Assembly (NCBI RefSeq): GCF_009914755.1
Contig: NC_060935.1
Strand: one strand, 5' to 3'
Length of the DNA: 64,000 nucleotides
From: the human T2T-CHM13v2.0 reference genome, Homo sapiens
The stretch's first letter is position 1, and each line of letters begins with the position of its first letter. The notes beneath the pieces are model-generated. The model ran no database searches. It was not told the DNA's origin and was given only the letters and a program-made list of their open reading frames with translations. Shown here in pieces: positions 41,311 to 53,330 of this stretch. The position numbers were made by a program, and so were the translations under genes.

Positions 41311-41507
41311 TGGTGTTTCTTATCTGGGAACATTCAGTACTTTGGGTGCAGCAATCCTTCTTTGTATGGGACTGCCACACACATGACAGCATCTAGCTTC
41401 CTGTCACCAACACAAATAGTGTCTCCTAGTTGTTATGGTATGTTAAGACCCCTACACATTTCTACCTGTCCCCTATGGAGGTAGTAGTGCCCCCTGTTTG
41501 AGAACTG
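41311..41507 (-). mobile_element. MER20-like hAT-Charlie MITE
   Basis: acacatttctacctgtcccctatggaggtagtagtgccccctgtttgagaactg. Confidence 0.55.
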
Positions 41508-42033
41508 AAGAAGAGGCTAATAGATCCTGTAAAAGAAAAAAAAAAAAAAGAAAGAAAAAAAAAGAATTTTACCTCTATAAACACCCTCTATGTGTTAAAA
41601 TACATGGAGGCTCAGAAAAAAACTAATAATTTGCCTAATGAGCAAATGGTCAATGAAATATCAAAGATTTGCCAGACTCCAACTTCCCCCTATATTAGAT
41701 TACCTCTGCACAAATCCCCATAATATAAAGCAAATGTTAAAAGCCAAAAGATGATTATAATCAAAAGGTCATGGGTATTACATGAGCATGAGATATGAGA
41801 GTGAAATAACAATTGATTCCAGGGTTCAGGCAAGGCTTCCTAGAAAAAGGGGAATTTAACAGGATTCTTTAAGAAAAATGTCTAAGAGTATAGTTGGTAG
41901 AAGGGTGTCAATCAGGCAGAGAGAATATCACAAGCAAAAAGAAATATGGGAAATATCCATGTTAGGTTCTGAGAATAATAAATTATCCAAGTTGACTATT
42001 GTAGGCAAGGGAGTACTGGAAGCTTTCTGAAAT

Positions 42034-42279
42034 ATTGACTGGAGCCATGTTATGTAAAACCTTCAGGAATTTGTACTTGATTCACTAGGCAATAGGGACC
42101 CTTTGAATATCTCGGATATAGCAATGGGCTGACCAAAGGGAAGAGAGAAGTCAGAGGAGAAAAGAATTAGGCAACACCTGAACACTAATCACCTTGACTC
42201 CCCTAGAGGTAACTGTCTTACTGCTTACCCCTCACTTTACCTCTGCAGGTGAGATGCTCAAGAGACCAGGCATTGGACT
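42034..42279 (+). repeat. Local direct duplication B, copy 1 (246 bp)
   Basis: Matches 43942-44186 with ~11 differences by manual alignment. Confidence 0.97.
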
Positions 42280-43500
42280 CAGGCAGAATATATTTGAATT
42301 CCTGTTTATTCACTTCGTTGCTGTGTAACGAATTCTAAGCAATTTATGTAACCCTTTCTCAATCCCAATTTATTTATCTGTAGAATGGAGTTTGTGAGAG
42401 TTATATGATAATTTAATATACTGATGGGCACATAAAAATCACCCATTAAACTACTGCTATTATTATAAGTATTAATGTTAGGTTATTTGTTTCCTAGAGA
42501 AAACAAATATTTCTTTTCTAGATGGCAGAATCCATTAATGATTTTAGATCTGTGGAGCATGCAAGAATTCAAGGCTTTGAATATGAATGCTATGATGCCA
42601 CCTCAGAGATAAATAAGATGTTGCCAATAATTGAGACCTAATACAGTGTCTATGTGTACTTACGTACACACACACATGTTGGAGTGCACCTATCAACTAA
42701 CTACAGTACAGTCTGGCTTTTTTATGCTCTTCAGTGCTGCCTGAGTTGAAATACATCCACAAAAACCTCAGAGTCACTGTTGAAACCATGAACCAACCCC
42801 GATAGAACATTCTCTACATATTACCTTTCCTGAATGCTCTTGACAACTATCAGGAAAGCTAATAGCAAAGTAAGCTCTGTTCTGTTTCTTCCACAGCCTC
42901 AGTTATGTAGCCAGATGTTCTAAGCTAAGCCATTTTAAGGAAGAAGAAATGAAGTAGAAGGCTGATCAATTATACAGTAAACTTAGGCTAAAGATTTGTG
43001 TAAGTTTTCTTCACCAGTCAAATTTAGGTACTGAACTCTCTAGATTATACTCATTATCCAAATTCCACTTAAGTTTTTCCAAAATAATCTTGGGCTAGGT
43101 TCTACCTAAAATGTAAGATAAGCAGAGGATAATTAATAACTATAAGGCCTCAATTATACTCCATGTCTTTTGCTTAAACAACTTTGTGTTTCTCATTTAA
43201 TACCTAAGTATCCACACATGCTTAATGAGATAAATCGACTTAAAGTAAGGGATGTTCCTAGCCCTGTGCTAAGTGCTTTAGGAGGTCATGTGGCTATTGA
43301 TCCCTGGAGCTATTTTTCAAATACAGATCTCTTTACCCCCACTATGCCACACTGACTCTCCATTTTTCCTCAAGTGGGATCTCATTTATTCATTTCAAAA
43401 TCAACAGAATAGTATTTACCTTATAGGGGATATTTGAAGAATAAGAAAATAAATGTGAAAAAATTTAACTATTAAGCCTGACCTATATTTGAAAGTGAAC

Positions 43501-43615
43501 TTGTTATATATCAAATTTCCAAGTAACTAAAAATGCTTTTCAAAATATTTCTAGTAAAAATGATTTACTCCCTCACACATCATTCTCACCCCTTTCCAAA
43601 TGTTGTCTACTTCTG
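43501..43615 (+). repeat. Older local duplication C, copy 1
   Basis: Matches ~44485-44597 (tatatcaaat...ttcaaaatattt...ttactccctcacacat...ctcacccctttccaaatgtt). Confidence 0.85.
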
Positions 43616-43941
43616 TTTCTTATTTATTTTCACATTGTGAAACATTGCACAAAGAGAGGATGCTGATAAGTACTACTAAATCTCAAAACTATTACTATCT
43701 ATTAACAATCAAGGACTTAGCTGCTATTATTGAGCACCTACTATATATCAGATGCTTAGCCCTTATTGTCTAAAGCCTGCAATGTGGATGCTATCTTTTT
43801 TTCAGATGAAGAAATTGAATCTCAGGGAAGAAAGTGCCATTCTTTTATACAATGTTACTGGTAATTGTTACCAGGTCCGCCTAGCTGCAAAGCCAGACTC
43901 TTTTCATTGTACTTGTTGCCTCCCCATGTCTGTTTTAAAAC

Positions 43942-44186
43942 ATTGACTAGAGCCATGTTATGTAAAACCTTCAGGAATTTGTACTTGATTCACTAGGCAA
44001 TAGGGACCCTTTGAATATTTCGGGTGTAGCAATGGGCTGCCCAAAGGGAAAAGAGAAGTCAGAGGAGAAAAGAATTAGGCAACACTTGAACACTAATCAC
44101 CTTGACTCCCTAGAGGTAACTGTTTTACTGCTTACCCCTCACTTTACCTCTGCAGGTGAGATGCTCGAGAGATCAGGCATTGGACT
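43942..44186 (+). repeat. Local direct duplication B, copy 2 (245 bp)
   Basis: Matches 42034-42279. Confidence 0.97.
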
Positions 44187-44484
44187 GGTCTCTTCACTTC
44201 TTTCATAACTAGGGCCTAACCTTATTCCAGGTTATTCCAAAAACTTTGTACTATGCATCACCAGGCTTGGAACAGCTTCTTTTTCACTATACTGACTACT
44301 TTCCTGCTTGCATCCATCATCATTGAAGTCTTAATGCAGATCCCAATGAGATCCATATAACAGGCCAGTAAATACTTTCTTCTTCTATTATGAGCTTCAT
44401 AGATGGCAGAGGCACTTGGTGAGGAAAATATCCTTAGAAAACAAATTGCTTCCAAAACACTGACACTCATCCATTTAATAGAAA

Positions 44485-44597
44485 TTATTGTATATCAAAT
44501 ATACAAGTCACTAAGAATGCCTTCAAAATATTTATCCAAAAAATGACTTACTCCCTCACACATTGTCCTCACCCCTTTCCAAATGTTATCTATTCTT
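44485..44597 (+). repeat. Older local duplication C, copy 2
   Basis: Matches 43501-43615. Confidence 0.85.
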
Positions 44598-47500
44598 TCA
44601 TCTTGAATAACTCATTGTATATTCAGGTTAACACTATCTCCTATGATACCTGACATTTCTCTCATGGTAGCTCTTATTTCACTATTGGATCAGCTTCTCT
44701 GCTTGTTTAAATCCACCCCCATAATTTAAGCTCTGCAAAAGCAGTGCCTATGTCTGTCTTATTTGAGTTATAACACTAGTAACTCAGATTTTCTGACTTC
44801 TTTCTGTTTTTGAAATGAATAATCACAGTCTCACAGATTACCGAAAGCCCTAAATGGTATTTGCATAACGGCATTTCCTAACTCAAACTTACTAAATCTA
44901 GGTCATAAACGTTCCTGTTTCTTATATGCTGAGCTCCTTCCATCTGACAAATTATAGCTACAGCCAGGAAGATATCCAAAAGAACATGTTCTATCCCAAT
45001 AGTCACATATAGTGCTGTCTTATGTCTACCATTTACATCTATTAAGTGAGAAGAATAGTCATTCCTAATAGAGTAGACTTCAAAGAAGACCAGCTCGTTG
45101 TGGTCTAACTAGGGAGTCTGAATTTACACTAAGTAAATTCCATGTCTATTCTGATTTTCTGTTCTTAAGGCAGTATACATTATTATATAACAAACAGAAA
45201 GAACTAGATGAAGAATCTCTCAACAATAATTCTCTATGTTGTTTTATAAAACACATTCTTTGCTCTTCTCCTAACAGAAGAATTTCTCTTTTCTTTTAGC
45301 ATTTGTATATTTTCCATCTTTTAAAACTATTAATTACATGCCTTAATTCTGCTCCTTTCAGAATTTGACCAGGTATCTCTGGCCAGCCAATTGGCAAACC
45401 ATTTCCCATTGGATATGATCACTGATGCAAGAATGACACAATGTCTGGAGGTCTTGGGGTTCGTTTTTGCTGCCACATTGCCATGGGGACACAGTCTGTA
45501 AAATAAAATAAAAGATAACAAAACAATAGAGTCAAGATGGAAAGAAAGGGTGAGAACTGATAACTTTTTTGAACATACAGAATAATTATGCTTGATTCCG
45601 GAAAGCTCCATGAACAGTTTTGTGAACTAGTTATGGTAGTAAATTTTTTTCATGTTTAATTGGGTTTCTGTCACTTTCTAGCCAAAAATATAAACTAATC
45701 TTCCTGTCTTTCCTTTTACCATACTTATGTTAAAATGCTGTCCAGCTATTCAACCTTAGGTCTTTATTCCCTGGATTCAGTTAAATATGGGATAATGTCA
45801 AAGGGAAAATACTTTTATAATACTTGTCCCAGGATTTGGGGCCAAAGAGGATAAAGAGATTAGCAACCATGGTTCTATCCTTAAAGAGCTTCCAAACTAA
45901 AGAAGAAAACCAGACTTACCTGTGTAACCTAAACAGAGAAACATATGAGAATTTCAAGGGAACATATTATAGATCATGAGTGATAGAGAATCTAGCACCA
46001 GGAGCGTTGCCATTCAATACTTAGGAAGAGCAATGAGCTCCTTGCCTTGCAAATATGTTCTTATTGCCTCTTTATGAACTGATAATCATCTATAAGGAAC
46101 TGAAGATTTTTTTCAATAAAAATTCAAAATACTTCAGCAAGAAAATATCATCTAGCTTTTGAATTTATTTTTTATTTTAGTGAAAGATTAAAAAATAATT
46201 TCCTCCTCTGACCAACTATGGTCAAGTGATAGGTTTTGCCTGAAATATTCAGTTGGAAGGGATTTTGAGGACACAAATACTATGAGTTATAAAAAGTATC
46301 AAGATTGATGATAATGTCTGGAAATGGATAACAATTGTTATGGTAATATTTGTTATTCTTGCCTTTGTGTGAATGAATTTGTCAACTTGACTTCAGAGAA
46401 CAAGTTTTGATTAATGAAGTGAAAAACACAGTGAGAGGCCACTCTGGACAGACAAACCTAAATAAAGAGAGGAAGACAGTAAAGTTAAAATATATGAATA
46501 CAGAAACACTGTATTTCATAATTTTTTTCTTAGGCAAAATATTTGCTTAATTTCACAATTCTGAAAAGGAAAAAAATCTTTAAAAAGGAAAAAATGTTAA
46601 AAAAAGAATGATTTATATTTTTAGGTATAAGAGAAGGCATGTACTTACTTTTGTAAGACCATATTTCCTTTTCCTTCCCCATCTCTCTCATTCTAATTTT
46701 CTGGCAAATGTATACCTTCCTTTTCTCTTTCAATTTCTTGTGAGTCTTCTGAAGAAAACTTGAATATAAACTGCTCCTGGCTCAAAAAAAATTCCCCCAG
46801 TCAACTTGGATTCTAAAGCAGAAAACCAAAAATTAGCAAGTTTTTGACTGTGAATAAAGGATAAAGTAACATTGACCGGAACACATGTTTGAATACTTAC
46901 TTCATTGTAGCTTTACATTCTCTTCCTTTGTCAAAAATTACTGCTTTTATGATACCAGCCAGGTAGCTTTAATTTTTTAAATAAAGTTCTTGCTGATAGA
47001 ACCATAAAAAATTACAAAAACAAAATACTGGATGAATTAAAGAGAGCAATTTTTGTAATTGATTTTGTAAAGGTAAAATGATTACCCCAATCATCTCTCA
47101 ATAATTAATCATCTTATAATCTGACACATCCTTGTCTACTAAAGGAATGAGGCAAACTTTTTAATTCAGAACAGCAACTACTCATTTATACAAGAACACT
47201 ATGAAAACACTGTTGTTATGACAAAAATATTTATATTCTTCCCCAAAATAGCTCTAGGAAATAGTTGTGATAAAAAATAAGGCCATATGCATTTTTCTAA
47301 GATTCCCTTTTATGATGTCTGCCAAAACTTACATAAGTTTCAAGAAGTCCCAAATTCTCTTGGTCATATATATTTTGTATTAATTTTTCTAGCCAAGGTA
47401 TCTGATGAAATCATTCTTTTCCTACACCCCCTAGTTGAAAATAGAAATATAAAGAAACATAACAATGCAAGTAATTAGAGTAAACAGACCAATAAGTATG

Positions 47501-47804
47501 TACAGTATCAAATTAAATATTTTATGTGACCATAATGAAAATTAAGTCTACATAAATACAATAGCAAAATTAGGAGTGTAGAATTTTTCTGGGTGAAAAA
47601 AAAATCATTGCTTATTTAATTTATTATGATTTTCTTCAGCTCCTGTGGCTAACCAAATTACATATAGTATCCTCTTAATTTTATTTAGCAATATACCTGG
47701 GGAAGCCAGGTTTGATTTTCTAAATAAAATAACAATATTGCTTTACAATTTTTTTAAAAAGCAACTAATACATATAAGAAATGATAGATTTGCCTTTTGG
47801 TAAT

Positions 47805-48348
47805 TGTTATTTATTTATTTTTTTGTTGCTATAAAAAGTTACAACAAACTTAATGGCTTAAAACTATATGAATTTATAATCCTGCAGACTTGTAAATCTG
47901 AGGTTTGACAGGGATATCACTGGGCTAAAAGCCAGGTGTTAGGATGGATGGGTTCTTTTCTGGAGGCTGTAGAGAAAAATCTGTCTTCTTGCCTTTTCCA
48001 GATTTCAGATGGAGCCCACATTCTTCAGTTCATGGCCACTTCCTCCATTTTCAAAACCAGTGAAAGCAAATCTATTACTTATCACATAATCCTGATGTTC
48101 TTCTATTGTCACATCTCCCTCTGACTGACTCTCTCTTCTGCCCCCCTCTTCCACTTTGAATGACCTTTCTGGTTACACTGGTTTTACTCACACAATCCAG
48201 GATAATTCTATTTTATGGTCAGCAGATTAGCAACCTTAATAACATCTTCAACTTTAATTCATCTTTATCATGTTAACTAACATATTCATAGGTTCTAGGG
48301 ATTAGAACATGGACATCAGTTGCAGAGAGCATGATTTTGTCTATCACA
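47805..48348 (-). mobile_element. MLT1D-like MaLR LTR
   Basis: acaacaaacttaatggcttaaaac...cagattagcaaccttaat...ttctagggattagaacatggacatc. Confidence 0.8.
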
Positions 48349-48784
48349 AGAGCCATCATAAGAATAGTTTATTCAGGCAAGAATCATCAGTGAATGCTTA
48401 AACTAGTGGGAGCAAGTTGCCGAAGGAACAGGATACTAAGGTATCTCCTCTCAGCATACTTTAATTATACGGTGGAAAATAGTAGCTTTAAAGTGGAGTA
48501 ACCTGGCAGATACCAACAAAACTCAAATTAACCAACCAGCAATTAGACATACGAACATCATTGTCTCTGTTTATAGAAAATATATACTGAAGCAATTAAG
48601 GATAAAATAAAATTTTGTCTTCAATTTATTCCCAATTAATAGAGAAGACAATTATTCATATTATATGTGTGTATATATAATACAACATATGATATTAGCA
48701 GTCACAGAATCTGAGTGAAGAATATATGTGTACTATTCCTGTAATAATTCCACAAGTCAAAATTATATTAAAATAAAAAGTAAA

Positions 48785-49712
48785 AACACATCTGACAAAC
48801 GACTAATATCCAGAATCTACAAGTAATTCAAACAATTAGCAAGAAAAAAACAAACAATCCCATCAAAAAGCGGGCTAAGGACATGAATAGACAATTCTCA
48901 AAAGAAGATATACAAATGTCCAACAGACATATGAATAAATGCTCAACATCACTAACGATCAGGGAAATGCAAAATAAAACCACAACGCAAAACCACCTTA
49001 CTCCTGCAAGAATGACCATAATCAAAAAATAAACAACAACCACCAAAAATAGATGTTGGCGTGGATGCAGTGAAAAGGGAAAACTTCTACACTGCTGATG
49101 GAAATGTAAACTAGTACAACCATTATATAAAACAGTATAGAGATTACTTAAAGAACTAAAAATGGAACTACAGTTTGATCTGGCAATTCCACTACTATCT
49201 ACCTAGAGGAAAAGAAGTCATTATATGACAAAGTTACCTGCACACACATGTTTATAGAAGCACAATTTGCAATTGCAAAATCGGGAACCAGCCCAAATGC
49301 CCATCAATCAATCAGTGGACAAAGAAATTGTGGTATATATGATGAAATACTACTCAGCCATAACAAGAAATGAATTAATGGCATTTGCAATCTGGATGGA
49401 ACTGGAGACTACTATTTTAATTCAAACAACTCAGAATGGAAAACCAAACATTGTATCATCTCACTCATAAGTGGGAGTTAAGCTATGAAGATGCAGAGGC
49501 AAAAGAATGATACAATGGATTTTGGGGACTCAAGGGGAAAAGGTGGGAGGTGTGTGAGGGATAAAAGGCTACAAATTGGGTTCAGTGTATGCTTCTCAGG
49601 TGATGAGTGAACCAAAATCTCACAAATCACCACTAAAAAACTTAATCATGTAACCAAATACCACCTATTCCCCAAAAACCTATGGAAATAAAAAATTAAA
49701 AATAAAATAAAA
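48785..49712 (+). mobile_element. L1PB1/2-type 3' end
   Basis: ctgacaaacgactaatatccagaatctacaag...catgtaaccaaataccacctattccccaaaaacctatggaaataaaaa. Confidence 0.9.
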
Positions 49713-50364
49713 TGTATTTAGAGTGTAGATTTGCTGGCACTTGTTAATAGATTAGATGTGTGATTAAAGAAATAAAAAAAATTGGGAACCTAAAAGTTGT
49801 ATGAATAATTGTATGTTTACTGAGATTAGAAGTACTGCAGATAAGGCATCTTTCAAGGAAAAATAAGTATTTGAATATTCAGCATATAGCTGTATGGGTG
49901 GTATTTGAAGACACAGGACTAAGTGAGACAATTTAAGCAGAGTTTTAGAGGCAGATGAGAAGTAGCTGAGAACCAAGTTCTAGGGAACAATAGCACTGAA
50001 AAGTTTAGAAACAGGGGGAGGAACAAAAGTTCCTAATGAGAAAGATTGAATGGTCAAGAGGAGAAAAAACAGAAGAGGATAACAACTTGGAAACCAAGAG
50101 AAGAAAAATTTTCCCCCAGATAAGGGACTGATCTAAACGTTACTGAGAGATTGAGTAAAATAAAGATTGAGATTAACAACTAGATTTGGCAGTATTACAT
50201 TTCATGGTGACCTTGACAAGTGAGGTTTCAGGAAAGTAGTGGAGTTGAAGGACTAATTGGTGTGCATCCAAGAAAGAAAATATGGAAATAGAGAAAATAG
50301 AAAACAGAAAAAAAGATAATATTTGGGGGAGATTTATTATGTAGGAGAAAACAGACATGAATCA

Positions 50365-50738
50365 GTGACAGTCCGCTTGGGCTATTAGAACAGAACGCCA
50401 CAGACTGAGTGGCTTAAACAACAGACATTTGTTTTCTCAGAATTCTGCAGGCTATGAGTCCAGAAACAAAGTGCTGTCAGGTTGGTTTCTGGTGTGTCCT
50501 CTCTTTCTAGCTTGGACCTGGCTTCTTTTTCACTGTGTCCTCACATAACCTCCCCTGTGCACTCATAAAAATAAAGAGATCTCTGGCATTTCTTCCTCTT
50601 CTTAGAAGAATACCAGTCCTACCCTTTTGACCTCAATTAACCTTAACAAGCTCACTAAAGGCCCTATCTCCAAATGAGCTCACATTGGTGGTTAGGGCTT
50701 CAACATATAGATTTTGGGAGAGCACAATTCCATAATAC
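50365..50738 (-). mobile_element. MLT1A0-like MaLR LTR
   Basis: ccacagactgagtggcttaaacaacagacattt...aaaggccctatctccaaat...ttagggcttcaacatat. Confidence 0.85.
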
Positions 50739-50808
50739 AGGTAGGATATGAGGAATTAAGGAAACATTATGTTTTGCTTTGTTTTTAAGTTGGGTGTTAT
50801 TTAAACTT

Positions 50809-51321
50809 TTTTTTTTAATTTATTTTAAGTTCTGGGATACATGTGCTGAACGTGCAGGTTTGTTACATAGGTATATATGTGCCATGGTGGTTTGCTGCAC
50901 CTATCAACCCATCATCTAGGTTTTAAGCCCTGCGTGCATTAGGTATTTGTCCTAATGGTCTCCTTCCCTTTGCCCTCTACTCCCCAACAGGCCCTGGTGT
51001 GTAACGTTCCCCTCCCTGTGTCCATGTGTTCTCATTGTTCAACTCCCACTTATGAGTGAGAACATGCGGTATTTGGTTTCCTTTTCCTGTGTTAGTTTGC
51101 TTAGAATGATGGCTTCCAGCTTCATCTATGTCCCAGCAAAGAACATGAACTCATTCTTTTTTATGGCTGCATAGTACTCCATGGTGTATATGTGCCACAT
51201 TTTCTTTATCCAGTCTATCATTGGTGGGCATTTTGGTTGGTTCCAAGTCTTTGCTATTGTAAATAGTGCTGCAATAAATATATGTGTGTATGTGTCTTTA
51301 TAGTAGAATTATTTATACTCC
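50809..51321 (-). mobile_element. L1PA7/8-type 3' end
   Basis: L1 3' UTR match; TSD-like taaactt(t/c)ttttt at 50802 and 51322. Confidence 0.9.
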
Positions 51322-52879
51322 TAAACTTCTTTTTAATGATGACAATGACCAAATAGAGACAGAACACTGATAATGCAGGATAGAAGGAGACAACTAGAAA
51401 AAAGCATCCACTTCACCAAGGCCCACTGTACAAGGGAACAGTTTGAACTAAGATAGGAACAGTTCATTTGTTCTATAGAAGGGAAAGCAGAGTTTATGGG
51501 AACAGTTGTAAGTAAGTAGGTCAGCATATTTGGTGGTAAGAAGGTAAGGAGATTATTTTCTGATTATATTTTTTCATGAAATAAAAAGTGAGAGGACAGG
51601 ATTACAGTTAAGACTTTTTTAAAAATGAACAAAATTAGAGAAGACAAAAGAAAGTATAAAATGGCCTTCTCAGGAGGTAGATAATGAATTGGCTGGTGAA
51701 ATATAGCAGTATTCCTAATGAAGGCCAGGGCATACTTCACTTTTATGGTCATAAATGTAAAGTGGCATCAGTCAGTGGGCATCCATATTCAGCTGTGCTC
51801 TGCTGATTTCGAGTATAATTAGATTTAACTACGGTGGGATTTTACAAAGGGAGAACCAAAAAAGGAGATAGGGCGTGAGTTGAGGTTTAATCTAGGGAGT
51901 AGATATGGTGGCAGACGAACAGAGTTTAATCTATATGAAAAGAGAAAAAGAACCTGAGGGACTAGAGAGTGAAAAAGTGGAAGGGGCTAATTGATTTCAG
52001 GTCAAGTTGCAAGTTAAATAATCATTAAAATTGGAGAACTGGAAAGATAGGTGGTAGAGACAGTGGGTGGGGAGCTAGCATATCAAGATTTTTGGCAGTG
52101 GTATTTTTAATAATAAGAGCCAGGGAATGACCATGGAGTAGGTGGCTGGGTGGGATAAACAAAGAGATAATAAGAAACTGAATATGAAGGAGCTGAGAAG
52201 CTGAAGTGTTGGATTAGTGGATGGTAAGATCATAATAGATACAATGAAGAAGGAACAGCCTCAAGTGAAGTGTCGAAATCTCTTATGAGTGAGGGCGTGA
52301 CTATGAGGGTCATAGGTAACTAAAATATCTAATATCATCAACTTCAAAAGAGCCAATATTTTACATATACATGTATCTCTCTGTTTTTATAGAAAGGTTA
52401 ATTAACAATGGCCTAGACATAGCAACAGGAAGCAATATGAAGCCCTACCTCACCTCTGACCCTCTGTTCATACGGGAAGTGAGAAAAGACAAACAAACAA
52501 GCACCTTTCTCTCAAGAGGACTGCAGGGAAAGCAATGTGTTCTGGGCACAGCAAAGTTAGAAAAAGATGAAGGAAATATATATGCTACCTGTAAGCCCTG
52601 TGCTTTGAGTTCTGAAAACTGAAAACTTTCTAGACTTGGAAATTTTACCATTCTCTAAATTGGCACTCCACGGAAGCAGAAAGAGTGCATTCTAACCAGT
52701 ACATTTTTGCTGCGGAATATCCTTTTCTTTCTAACCTAGTAGACTATAGAGGGCGACTCTACTATCAGCCTATTTGTCTTGCTGTGTGATGGAGATTCCC
52801 CCCATCCCCCCAGTTTACTTTGTGGGAATCGTTTATAAATGCATCCTGGGAACAATTTTGATTAAATCCAAATAAATGA

Positions 52880-53330
52880 TAAATAGCATGCTTAAGTCCA
52901 TTTATATTTATTTCTCCTTTGTTAACTGTGTTGGCAACACCTCAAAATTTAGTGCTATCTGCAAATTTCATTAGCAGGCAATTTATTCCCCCCTGGAGAT
53001 GATTAATAAAGATGGAAAATAAAACCTGACCTCATGCCAAAGCTCCCGCAGCCCCCCTGCTAGCCACTTCCTCACAACTGGACGCGCTCCCATTTATCAT
53101 CACCTTCCTCTGCACTGGCTCAGCCAGGCTGCCAAATGATGTGACAGTGTTCATGTCCAAGCCAACCTGAAACAGGTTAGAATACTAACTTTTCTGAGAC
53201 ACAGCATTAAATGCTTCAACTATTCCCCAAATAAAACACAGACCGCATTTCCAAAGTTACTAGCTTTGTCCTCCTGCAAACAGATACATGTTTGGCATCA
53301 TTTACTATTTTATAAGCCCATGTAGCCATA
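52880..53330 (-). mobile_element. CR1/L3-type LINE reverse-transcriptase fossil
   Basis: Manual minus-strand translation: ..EAFNAVSQK..GLDMNTV..WLSQ..VMINGSASSCEEVASRGAAGALA*GQVLFSIFINHLQGGINCLLMKFADSTKF*GVANT, compared with CR1 RT KAFDxVSH / [34 protein letters not shown] / KFADDTKLGG. Confidence 0.85.

Larger units (their letters stand above)
49720..52560 (-). mobile_element. L2, long fragmented copy hosting MLT1A and L1PA insertions
   Basis: ctagatttggcag...ggtgaccttgacaagtgaggtttcagg; purine-rich L2 antisense pattern. Confidence 0.55.

Noticed and set aside
45120-45140. 8-bp hairpin gaatttac-actaa-gtaaattc
   Set aside because: Expected by chance in AT-rich DNA.
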